Position numbers and translations under genes: made by a program. From Sphaerodactylus townsendi (Eukaryota), in assembly GCF_021028975.2 (NCBI RefSeq), contig NC_059435.1:40176001-40240000 (forward strand): 64,000 nt of DNA, read 5' to 3'. This document shows, one piece after another, positions 50,501 to 62,002 of the stretch. The number at the start of each line of letters is the position of its first letter. Position 1 is the first letter of the stretch. The notes below the pieces were generated by a model, which made no database searches, was not told where the DNA came from, and was given only the letters and a program-made list of their open reading frames with translations.

Positions 50501-51826
50501 GCAGGGATCCCTAATCTTTCCGTGTCAAAAAGGGGTGGAGGAAGATGTTTACGCGCATATAATGGCTGGGTCTGTGTGTGTTCAGGTGATTCTCAAAGAG
50601 CCCGTGGACAGGAAAAGGCGTCATTGTTTCAGGCCCCTCTGTATGATTTCGAGACAGTTCCAGAAGAATATCCCCTCCTGGGCGTCTTCGTTATAAAACC
50701 TATCTGCCGGTCTGTCGGGCTGCCTGCAAGCTGTCTGGGCTCTTTGCTACCAGTATAGACAGGGCATCTTCTAACAGTGGGTCAGCCTATGGCGAGATTG
50801 CATAAGAGGGCAGATGAAGTGGTCAAGATATTGAGGGAAAATGTGCAGTCCATCAACTCTCAAGCTCTCTTAATCTCTCTCTGTGTGTGAGTAAGATCGT
50901 GTTAGATCCCATTTGTAATGAAAGCCGCCTGAGATCCGCGGGTCCCCTTCTTCATGGTCCCGCTGTAGCACCAGTCAGAACTATTTCTTTACCGCTCCAC
51001 ATTTTTGGTTAACCGACTCTTAACCTATGAGGCCTCTGTCCTGAGCACACTCAGGGCAAAGCAAGTCCCCCCCCCCCCACCTCGCAGTGAGACTTACTTC
51101 TGCGTAATGCAGGCATAAGGGCCTCAGCCTCGAACAGCTGGGGCTGCCTCTTGGTTACAGCAGCTGACATTTGAGCGAGTCTTTCGGCGACTCTGCAAGG
51201 TCTGCTTCGCTTCAGTGCTAGGAAGTAGGCCGGACAGGTTCAGTGGCGCTTGGAGCATCCCCGCCAGCGCTATCCCCTGGAAGCTGAAGTAGGTAAGCAA
51301 ACACCTGTCCCAGATTCTAGCCGGACATCCTGAGGCTGGGGGGCTTTATTCATTTCGTCAAAGGCATCGCTTGTGCAATGATGACCAAGGAAGGTTTGGG
51401 AGAGGAGAGAAATGGCACGCGCTTCAGGTACAGAACGGTCTTGCTCTTTCACATTTTTACACTTGCACATATGCTAATGAGTGCTTTCTAAATTATGGGT
51501 CCCATTAAAACCAGGCAAATTGTTTTCGAACCTCCCCCCTCCACCTCCCCCCAGTCTTGCCTCGGTGTGCAGCTACAGGCACCTGGCTTCCTCCCTTCCG
51601 TGTGGACAGGCAAACTGCAACTGTGTGGGGGACATCGATTACACGGAATATGTCTATATCAGTGCACATAACAGAGAGATATAGATATATTGGAAATTCA
51701 GAAGTCGCCCTGAGGAGCAGCTCGGAGCCTACGAAACCAAACTGGGAGGGGTTGCTGGCGAAGGCCGGGCTTCCATTGGCTGCACGCGCTCGCCGTGGCG
51801 CGGGGGTATCTCTAATCATATTCAGC

Positions 51827-52003
51827 ATGTTTTGCACAAGAAATGTCAGCCAGAAAGGGCTACCTGCTCTCTTCGCCCAATTACTCCACCGCAATGGCAT
51901 GTTCCGAGAGCCCGGCTGCAAACTCTTTCCTGGTGGACTCCTTGATCAGCTCGGCCTCCAGCAGAGGGGAAGGAGGCGGCGGTGGCGGAGGAGGAGGAGG
52001 TGA
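51827..52003 (+). other. Out-of-frame overlapping uORF (58 aa) starting 16 nt before the first HOXA10 ATG
   Basis: ATG at 51827 (MFCTRNVSQKG...) runs to a TGA inside the poly-Gly codons. Confidence 0.5.
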
Positions 52004-52821
52004 TGGAGGAGGCGGAGGCGGAGGAGGCGGCGGCGGCGGCGGCGGCGGAGTTGGAGGAGGCGGCGGCGGCGGCGGCTACTATCCCAACAACAGTGGCGTC
52101 TACCTGCCACAGGCGTCCGATCTGTCCTATGGGTTGCAAAGCTTCGGACTTTTCCCCGTCCTGGGCAAGCGCAATGAAGGCCCTCCTCCAAGCATGGTCC
52201 CGTCTTCCCACTCCTACATGTCAGGGATGGAAGTCTGGCTAGATCCCCCGAGGTCTTGCCGCATGGAAGAGCCTGAAAGTCCGCAGGCGACCTCCTGTTC
52301 TTTCGCGCCCAGTATCAAAGAGGAGAGCTCTTATTGCCTCTATGACGCCGACAAAGGCCCCAAAGAGGCGGCGGCCACAGACCTGTCGCCTTTCCCCCGG
52401 CTCACCTCGGAGGTTTGCTCCATGAACAACGTGACCGCCGGAGTGCCGGTGCCGGGCTACTTCCGCCTGTCGCAAGCCTATGGCACCGCCAAGAGCAGCG
52501 GCGGGGGCGGCGGCTACAACAGCAACCTCCACCCCCAGCAGCACCAGCAGCACCAGCAGCACCAGCACCCGGGACAAGTCGGGGCTCCGCAGTTCGCCCC
52601 GCAGCCCCCGGTGCGCTTTGAGACGCCTCCCGCCCTTCCTCCCGCGGTGCCGCCACCAGAAGCCCCGGGAAAGGAGAGCGCGGAGTCCTCCCCGCCCGCC
52701 GCTCTGGCTTGTGTCTCCCGAAGGGGGGAGGACGAAGGGCCCGCTTCTTCCCCGGCCGCAGAAGAACTCTCCCCGGCCCCTTCGGAGAGAAGCAAGCCCT
52801 CCCCCGAGAAAGAAAGCAGAG
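51843..52821 (+). CDS. HOXA10: Homeobox A10, coding exon 1 (second in-frame ATG at 51894)
   Basis: MSARKGYLL...MACSESPAANSFLVDSLI, PRSCRMEEP, SCSFAPSIKEESSYCLYD and VPVPGYFRLSQAYG; donor G|GTAAGC at 52822 (phase 1). Confidence 0.97.
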
Positions 52822-54365
52822 GTAAGCCAAAACGCACTCCGGAACCAGACGGGATTGGCCGGGACCCGAAGCCAAGCGCCAGCTAAAAACTCGCGCTTGA
52901 CCAGCACAAACAGAGCCTCTAATGTTGACCCTCTGAACTGCCGTTCCTGTCTGGGAGCTGAGATGCCATGTAGAGACTGCTATTCTCATACAGTGACGCC
53001 GGTCCTTGCCAGTCTCTAAACTTAATTCCCTGGCCCGCGGGCGAAACCCAGGGCGCAGCTCAGCCGGGTGGGGGTAGGAAGCGGCCCTCCTAGCCCAAAG
53101 TGAGGCAGAGGTGCCCGAAGAGATAACAGAAATGTTTGTGAAGCGTCCAAAGTAAGCAAGAGGCCAGCGCCAATAAATAAGCCCATTAACAGGCTAAGTT
53201 CTAGTTTACGATCCTGAATGCCTGCTTGAAAAGAGAGCAGCTGGGCTGAAATCCTCCTTCTAGGAAGTACCATCCATATGTGGGGGGGGGGGGGCACGTC
53301 CTTCAGCGCACAACAAGGCTGCTGTTATGAACACACCCTGGGCGCAATAGATGTGGGACCTTCTGCCATTGGCATGAATAGGAGCAGTGCAAGAGCAGAG
53401 GTCGAGTTCAGCCCCCATCTACTTCAGTGGGGCTTGTGCCGGAGAAAATTTCCGGGGCTTTATTCCTCCAACACCCCCACCCCCCGAAAAAAAAACACCC
53501 TGTCTTTAGAGAAGATTTTCTGTTTAATAGTCACTCACCATTCTGAAGTTATAACTAGTGAGACATATTTTAGGTGGGAAAATATGCTGGGGTCTCATGG
53601 TCCCTTAAAGGCGAAATTATTATATTCTTCATTAATTCACACGCACATTTCGATTGATTGCTTTTAGGGTTCCAGATCAGGCTGACAGGTCTGTCCCTCT
53701 AATATGACCTGTACGACCTGTGTATGCAACATGTATCGTTGTATTATTTTCCCTCTCAGAAACAAAGAGATCTCGGTACTAGTTGCTGGTAACTGTCCTA
53801 CCACTAAATTGCCCAAAAGCCATAACAGATAAAGGGAATTTACAGCCCGACGGTAGACCTGTTTATCCGCAGGTATGCCCGCTATCTTAAACTGGTTTCA
53901 CGCCCGAGTAAACCGGAGTACCTGAATTTCCAGCTTTGATCGATTGGACTGGCGCTGGTCAGATTTCGATTAATAGTGGAGCGGTTTTAGATTTAGTAGC
54001 TCCTCTGGCTCCAGCTATCCGGGCTTTTTGCCCTGGATCAAGCGCCCTTGGAGCGACACCTTCAGCTGAAAGGGAAACTGGGGCCCGGCAGGACGCCACT
54101 GCCAAAGACATCCGCAGGGATCGGTGTCAACTCCAAAAGCGAGTTTTTCAGGCGAGCGCAGGGAAGCCAAGGGGAATGGCGGCTGGCGTGTCCCGGCACT
54201 GTTCTTGCGAGGCTGGGATTCAAGCAAGACGCCGAAGGGGGCCTGAAACGTGGGATCTGCTTCCACTGACATTCCCTAAGAGGTGCTGGGACGTGGCGGG
54301 TCCCCGCCTCCCCCCTTTCCAGGCGTCCCATTGGTAATGTCCCTTTCTTACTCTCTCGACACCAG

Positions 54366-54640
54366 GCAGTTCCAAAGGGGAGAATGCCGCCAACTGGCTC
54401 ACAGCGAAAAGCGGCCGGAAGAAACGGTGCCCCTACACCAAGCACCAGACCCTGGAGCTGGAGAAGGAGTTCTTGTTCAACATGTACCTGACTCGGGAGC
54501 GTCGCCTGGAGATCAGCCGCACGGTGCACCTCACGGACAGACAAGTCAAGATCTGGTTTCAGAACCGCCGGATGAAACTGAAGAAAATGAACAGAGAGAA
54601 CAGGATTCGGGAACTCACAGCCAACTTCAATTTCTCCTGA
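54366..54640 (+). CDS. HOXA10: Homeobox A10, coding exon 2 (homeodomain)
   Basis: Acceptor ACCAG|GC; [91 protein letters not shown]; spliced CDS 1254 nt, 417 aa. Confidence 0.98.
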
Positions 54641-55473
54641 TGAACCGAGGCGCGCCTCTGGGCTTCAAGAGCCAGACCGCTCCCGGGTTTGGGTTTTTGC
54701 CTTTAGGCTTCAGCTGACGCGCACCTGAGTGGATTTGAACGTTTCGATTACCCCTCTTTTTCTTTCTTTCTTTTTTTTAAACTCAGCCTCTCCATAGCCG
54801 CCTCTTGGCCATCGATTTCATTGGGATAAAGCCATAACGATGCACATCCACTCCCCGGCCCATGTTTTGAACTGCTCTGATTCCATTCTTGGGTCTTGAA
54901 AACTTGGGCACTGAGAAACAGCATTTTGAGAAATCTAGATACTGGGGAGGGGGGGACCCCCGCCAGAAAACTGAGCCAAACTTAGGAGCAGGCAATCCCC
55001 GCCCCCCACCCCAAAATAATGGTAACTGGCGGACTGGGTTGAGTATCTGTTTCAGTCTTTAAATTTGGTGACACCGTTGTTTTAGTGGGGGAGGGGGGTT
55101 GTCTCATCTGGTACCGAGACCACGGTCAGCCGACCACTTCGGGTTCCTGGGACGTCCAGGGGCACAGCCCGCGCTGCGTTGTTTGTTTCATGCCCCCCCC
55201 CCCCTGGACATCACAGCGTCCATGAAAGCGAGGCCGCCATCCTAAAGCGCTTAGTCCCATGGAAAGATGTGCTCCTTATTGGTTAAATAATTACACTTTC
55301 AGGTTGTACGTAATTCCTTTTAAAAAAATATTCTAGATCGGCTGGGTGATCGCTGGTTATGCTTAACAAGCACATGCAAAAAGAAATGGTAAAAGAGACA
55401 CCTTCCCCCACCTGGGGGGCGGGGAGGAGAGAAAAGAAACCCCTTTCCCCACTCTGAGAAGAAGTGTGTTTTG

Positions 55474-55475
<2 letters not shown>

Positions 55476-55530
<55 letters not shown>
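55476..55530. repeat. (AC)~27 microsatellite in the HOXA10 3' UTR
   Basis: Read directly. Confidence 0.95.
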
Positions 55531-55534
<4 letters not shown>

Positions 55535-55778
55535 AACATATTCCACCAGAAGCCTTTTTGTCCAGAAAGGGAACCCGATTTTCTTTGATACTGTGAAATT
55601 ACATGCGTTGAGAAGGTCAGGCATGTAGTGCGTAAAGAGAGAAGAAAAAATATCTATAAATGCAGATATGTATAAATGTCTATTAATATTAATATTATTA
55701 AAATGTCAAGACTGTTGGAAGCAAATGCATTCTATATGGCTATTCTAAATGTTCTTCTCGTTCTTACCTTACATCGGA

Positions 55779-55874
55779 AATAAATTAATATTGTAATCCT
55801 GCTGTGCGTGGAACAAAAAACTCAACCACAAAAAATTATGGAGAAGCTGTTTTATGTTCTCTTAGAAGAATAAA
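55779..55874 (+). terminator. HOXA10 polyadenylation signals
   Basis: AATAAA at 55779-55784 and 55869-55874. Confidence 0.55.
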
Positions 55875-56990
55875 AAGAAGTGGAATGAATCCCCCTTTTT
55901 AACAACAACAAAAACCACCCCCTCGTTTTGTGGCTGTTTATTGTCAAGTTCCTACTTCAGATCTCCAACAACTTTTACAACAGGCATACTTTGCCCGACT
56001 CCCCTGCAATTGCTTTAGGAATCCATTTAAATATTACCTAGACGGTCGTAATTTGTCTGGGCCATATAGCCCTGGTGCTGTAAGGTTTGTCGGCTTTTGT
56101 TCAGTTTTATGACTTGCTAGTATATCTGGATTGTGGCTGTCTTGGACGAGGCTTTTTAGTTGCTGCACAGGCGGAGGAAGCCAAGGGCCTTTGCTTTGAG
56201 TGTAGCGCATTATCTTTCCATTTTTATTTTATTTTTTTCATTCATTCTCGAGGAGAAATGAGTTCAGACTCTCTCGGCATAGGGGTTTGAGCTATGTTGC
56301 ACCTTCAAAGGAAAACCTAGAGGGCTCAAAAGAAATCGGAAAAGGTGAGCACGCCACGAGGGCACCAAGATCTAGTTCTTCTTCGGCTGGTCGTCCAGCT
56401 CCTCCGCCATGTTTGCCCGGCTGCTACCTGGCTGCCTGCGGATGTGCTTAGACAGACTGGTTGCATTCAGCGTCTTTAATCCAGCACAAAGGCAAACAAG
56501 GCGAAGCTGAGGGAGGGTGAAGTGAGAAAGGGGCAGAGAGAGAAAGAGAGGGGAAGAGAGGTGGCTCCAGTGGGCAACCCAACTGTTCCTTTCAGGAAAG
56601 AAAGACTTTGAACCCGGCCATCTTTCTTGAGAGTCTTTGGGCTGCTTGCAGTTACGGTTGGAGTCCATCGCCTGCCTTTTGAACCTTTTTTTTTTTTCAA
56701 ACGTTGCACCAGGATATCTCCAGAAAGGATCCAGTGCCAGGGATATTTCTACTGGAATTGTAAATAAATAATAAGAATAATAAAAGAACCGCAAGAAGGT
56801 AGAGGGGCTGTCGACGGGGTGGCTTAGTGGGGGTGGGGGAGGGAGAGAGAGAGAGGAGGAAGAAGAGGGGAGGCGAAGGGACTGCGGGAGTCACGTTGCT
56901 GGTTTGTATTTATTTTGTTGCTCTTTATAGCGGGACCCTCTTGCCTGAGGAAAGCAGCTATGGGGAGCCCTCTTAATTAGGAGGCTGAGA

Positions 56991-57078
56991 ACTGGTCGGT
57001 GATTTAGGTAGTTTCATGTTGTTGGGGCTGGAGCTCTCTCTCTCTCGACAGCACGAAACTGCCTTCATTACTTCAGTT
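56991..57078 (+). ncRNA. MIR196B: pre-miR-196 (HoxA locus, miR-196b orthologue); mature 5p 57005-57026, 3p about 57045-57066
   Basis: TAGGTAGTTTCATGTTGTTGGG (miR-196 family) with a complementary 3p arm TCGACAGCACGAAACTGCCTTC and flanks ACTGGTCGGTGATT / ATTACTTCAGT; canonical position between Hox10 and Hox9. Confidence 0.96.
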
Positions 57079-57540
57079 TGTACTCATCAAGCGGGTCTAA
57101 TAAACGCGGGAGTCTCTCTTTTTCCCCCCAAAAAAGGCCTTTATAGGGCCCGAAGAGATCTGGTGAGCCGGCTCTGCTCTCCCCTCCAGGCGTCAAGTTC
57201 CAATGCCATTATTGTTTTCCTTCGGCCAAGCTACGGTTAACGTTAAGGCCCGGGCGGAGCAGGGGAGGGGAGGAAAAGGAAAGGAAAGGAACCGGAGAGC
57301 TTCAGGGCTGGCGCTGAGCTGGGGTTTTGCACGAAGATTTCCTTCAAGGTCAGGGCCACTTTGCATGATTACAGGAACCTTCTCACTAGTATGGGGATCT
57401 GTTTTCTCTGTGGCAGCGCCAAGGGGCATGGCTTTTCCATTCTGCCCTGAAACCCTCTTCCACTGTGCTCGGCCTCCTGGCACAGCTCTGCAAAGAGAGG
57501 CGATCTAGCAGCTCTTGCCGGCTTGATCCAAACAGCCTCA

Positions 57541-57622
57541 TTCTCTCTCTCTCTCTCTCTCCCCTCATTCTCTCTCTCTCTCTCTCTCATTATATTTTAT
57601 TGAGTTCTTTCGTCTGATGAGG

Positions 57623-57689
<67 letters not shown>
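57541..57689. repeat. Compound microsatellite: (CT)n tracts followed by (CA)~33
   Basis: Read directly. Confidence 0.9.
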
Positions 57690-57692
<3 letters not shown>

Positions 57693-60600
57693 CCATGGTG
57701 CGCCCCCTCCCCCCCCTTACAGTGGTGGCATTCCACATTTCCCTCTCCAAACGCACTCGGCTTCTCCAGTGCTGTGCGGGGAATGGGGCGGCGGCACTAG
57801 GGCCAAAGGGAGCGCCAGTGGGAGCCCCGTGAGTGCTCGAATCCGGCGCCAGGCCGGCCATTTCCCTGCAGCTGGCAAGGCCTCGGTTACGATCATTATT
57901 GGAGGGTGTCCGGGCGCCGCCATGCCAATGAGGCGGCGTAAGCAACAGCGACCTCGCCCGGGCTCGCCGCCGCCTGAGGCCTCCGCCTGGCCTGTGATGC
58001 AGAGCAGCAGCCCAGAGACCGGACAAGGAGCGGCGGCGTTTGGCTGACGTCGGTGTCACACTGTTTACCGCTCGTGTAAATGAACAAGACCTGTCCTTGG
58101 GGAGAAGGGCACGGCAGGGAGAGTGGGATCCTTCCTCGGTTCCCCTGGAGGGGCTTTGGAGGTCTCAGAGCTCCGAATATGACTAAATAAACAACGACTG
58201 GGAACGAGACATACTCTGGGTTCTTTTTGGTGTGGCGGAGGCTACAAGGGCAGTTTTCCTGCCTCTAGCATTTCAATGGGAGCGTCGCAAGAAATACACG
58301 CGAGACTGAACCCATTGTGTTCAGTTAGACTGTATCGTGTGATGTCTGTCTGTCTTCGTGTGCCTGTTTGTTTCGTATGTCCTTCCGTATGTATCAAGGG
58401 TTTGATCTAGGAGACATTGGTGTCTACGCCCTGCGAATTCATGAAGAGCACACCGCCTCGCAGACACCCCTAGAATGGTTCTGCTTATCTGGTTTTTCTC
58501 TGAATTATTCAGGGTCACATCCTAATTGCTTGATCATTTTCCCCAAATCTAATTCTATTACTTTTTCTTCCCAAATAGGTTTCTGCAAATGCTGGGGACG
58601 TCCGCAAGGTAGTGCACTACATGAATGCCCCAAATATTTAACCAAATAGGAAAAATATTTGTTGCCTCGTATTTATGTGCGTATGGATACATATGTCTAT
58701 ATGTTAAACTGGGTGTAAATTTATGTTGAATTGGGATTTAGTTCCAGTTCAGGATGTCTAGAAAGGGTCTTATCGGTCAAGCTCTGCGAAAAAGGACACA
58801 AAAATAGAACTTGAAAAAAGCAGTTGTGGTTTTTATTTCGTCTGCTCCTTGCCAAGGACGGCTGAAAGCCTCTGTTGGAAATATAATGTAATAGAACATA
58901 TTATTTGGATGGAAAACTGAGCTAAACTCAATAAAGCAAAACCAGAACTGGGTAGGGGCTCGGCAGATTTATGCTGAAATCCTCACCACCCTTATTTCGA
59001 AATAACCCCAAGCGTTTGAGGTCAGGATGAGGGCCAAAGTGTAGTCAGCCGAATTCCTTAACTCCCATACCCGAAGTGTATTTTGGAAGTAAAGCACATT
59101 TATTTGAACGGGCTTTTCTTCAAAACGCCAGACAGAGACTGCCTCGCTTTCATCCTTGGCTATCCTGTATTCGAACATTGCGACTGCTATTCTATGAAAT
59201 TACCCAACCTCAGTTACAAAGAATACTGAACAAAATCTTGTTCTGGTTTTGAAAACAAACCTCTGTCTGAGAAAGGGGGAAAGGCGGGTCTCAGTGCCTT
59301 GTCGTTTCTCCGTGCTTGAATGTCGCAGCCGGATTATTTTAGCCATTTAACACGCTTCCATTCCAAGTGTTTCTCAGCTCGGATTTTTATTAAAAGGAAT
59401 AAATCGACAGTTTATTCTTCTGGTGTAAATCGAGCCCTTTCCCCCCTTCTGCTGCTGATTTTTTGGGGGGACGGCTAAGCAGAACTGAAACGGCACAGCA
59501 GCTCCCAACTCAAAATGTAATAAAAGAAAACATTTGGGAATCCTGCTGTTCGGATTATTTTTCTTCTTCAAGGAGGAAGGAAGTTCTGCCAGCATATTTC
59601 ACAACAGCTGACTCTCGATTTTAAACAAAAATGACGTCAGGCTTCCGTCTCTCCAGGAAAGAAACAGGGGCTGGGATGGTGGTGGCTTTTCTTCCGTAGC
59701 GGGGAAGTCAGGATTTGGCTGGAATTCAGTCGAGAAGACCTTTGTCTGCATTTTAATATGGCTTAATTGGGGGATGGGCAGGTTGCCATTCGCTTGCGAC
59801 GTTATAAGGAGCCGTTTCTGTCTAGATCTGGGAAGCATTAATTGTTGCGGGGAATCTCAAAAAAGGGGGGGCTACTCCCAATCAGCGCAGAAAACGGTCT
59901 GGGAATGTGTTGAGCTTCCCCCGACACCCTCGGCGTTGAGCTATCGGGGAGATCCGCAAGAAGAGGCGAAAGCTGCAGCCATGTAAAAATAATGAGAAAC
60001 ACACTTCCTTGCGTGCAGCCTATTCACACATGCATTCAATTAGCCCTCGGTGTCCCGACTCTTTGGCAGACTTTAGTTTGAATCAGACAAAAAAAAGAGA
60101 AGAAAGAACTGTGGAGATAATTCCCTTCTCCTTCTCTCCACCCCCACCTCCCCAGTTCTGGGTCTTAAAAATCCAGGGGAAAATAAAAAATAAAAGCAAA
60201 GGCGGCCAACAGATCCGCCTGAGATGAGCAACCCCCCTCAACTGTCAGATGCAGCCCGCATTTGACCATTCCTTGCATTCTCAGCACTAGACTTGCTCTG
60301 AGGGCCGCATCACCTTTGGGGCTACCCCCCTCCCCCGAAGGCTGTAACCTTCCGCATAGTTCAAATGCTGCGGTGTGATAACAGGAAGGTGCCCGAAAAT
60401 AAATATTTACACTTTCCCCTTTTCAAATCCGGTTGCTGGGAAATGAGGGGGACCAGCAAACCTCGAATACAAGCCTGCTGGGGCGAGCGGCGCCTCTACG
60501 GCAAGGAGCAAGGGCCCACGGCCCCTCCTGTCGCTTTCATGCACAAACAAAACAAAAAGGGGGGGAAATGAGCCACGACTCCCCCTCCCCTCCTATACGA

Positions 60601-61339
60601 CGCTCCTCCGGGGCTGCTCTTTCTCCCTTCGAGATGGAATGCGTAGTTACACTTCACGGGGGCGTCTGGCACCGAGAGGGGCGAGGGAGCGCAAGGAGGC
60701 GGCGGGCCGGGGTCCGCCTCGCAGTCAACTTGATCGAGGGGCCTCATCCACTTTATTTCACCCCCAAAAGTCCATCTTCTTTCCCTGCTTTCTCTCTGGA
60801 GGGAGGGTGGTCCACGGGCAAGAACAGCCCAGACGTTACGCATCACTTTGCAGATTGCCGGAGGTCATTGGTACAGGCTGGATAAAAATTAAGATGTTGT
60901 AAAAAAGAAACTCCCCGAATTCCCTCCATATACTTGCAGGTTAACGGGGGTGGGTGGCGGCAGCAGGCAGAGGTGTCATTTCAGCCGTGTGTGTCTCGGC
61001 TGCTCTTGCTGTTGTTGCGGAAATGACTCCTGGGGCCCCAGACCGAGATTCGTGGCGGACCCGAGGGCGGCGGCGGTGGGTGCGGCGGGGACTCCGGTCC
61101 CCAGTCGAGGCTCTGAGGTCGGAGGGGCCTCTCAAGATGCAAATGCCGGTATCGATTTGCCATCGGGCTCTCCTGGTCTCCTCTGCCGGGCTGGGGTGTG
61201 CGGGAGGAGGCGGAGGCGCCAGCCCCTTCGGAAGGAGCGCCCGGTTGGATTTGACTTTTCCCTGCCAGCCCCCCTTTAGCTCTGAACTCCGCAGCGCACG
61301 ATTATTTACAGTGAGTTCCCAAACTAAACACAATAGTAT

Positions 61340-61930
61340 AATTTAACCTTTCCAGGCACTCGTAAATTTTTACTGCTGCGAAACACAGCGATGCAAATGA
61401 ACGTGCTGGTAGCTCCCGAGTTAATAACAACCCCGTGGCTGCCGAAACAATAACTCCTTATGAAATATAATAAATATACATTTAAATACAGAACGCCGCC
61501 GATGTTATTTTGCTTTTTTATTACTTCAATTATTGTATAATTTTATGTGAAGGTCTCCGATCAAAGGAGGGCGGTGCGCCTCCGCGGGTGCGTGTGCAAA
61601 GAGCGCGGACCATTGATGGGATGATTAATTGTGATATAAAATAGTCCGCTTCCAAAGGGTGGTGGCCACCCGAAAAACCCGGCCTTTTCATCTCCGTTGG
61701 CCACAATTAAAACAAACTTTGCCGTGTAACTCGCCGATCCCTTTGCATAAAAACATATGGCTTTGCTATAAAAATGATGACTGCAAAACACTGACCCATT
61801 AATAGCCTGCGGACTGATTTATACTTTATTGTTCTGCTGCCCGGCCATGTGACACCCGGCAGCCAATGAGCTGACAGGCAGCCTTCAACTTATTAGGTGA
61901 CTGTACTTCTTCGCAAGGACCAAGTTGTTA
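61340..61930 (+). promoter_or_regulatory. HOXA9 upstream conserved block and promoter
   Basis: Many Hox/Cdx cores (CTCGTAAA, TTTTATG, CATAAAA, CTATAAAA), TCF site ATCAAAG (61560), PBX-HOX TGATTTAT (61815-61822), E-box CATGTGAC (61846-61853) and CCAAT (61863-61867). Confidence 0.65.
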
Positions 61931-61931
61931 C

Positions 61932-61952
61932 ATGAAATCTGCAGTTTCATAA
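61932..61952 (+). other. 6-codon uORF (MKSAVS) in the HOXA9 leader
   Basis: ATG AAA TCT GCA GTT TCA TAA read directly, ending 50 nt before the ATG. Confidence 0.65.
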
Positions 61953-62002
61953 TTTCTGCGGGTCCCTCCTGTCTCCTCGGACCGGGCTGGGCGGGCGCGG
62001 CG

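Noticed and set aside
54521-54523. Thr in HOXA10 homeodomain helix 2 (ISRTVHL, where I recall Ser in human)
   Set aside because: Conservative change away from the recognition helix, and Thr occurs at this position in HOXC10; the NWLTAKSG motif is intact.
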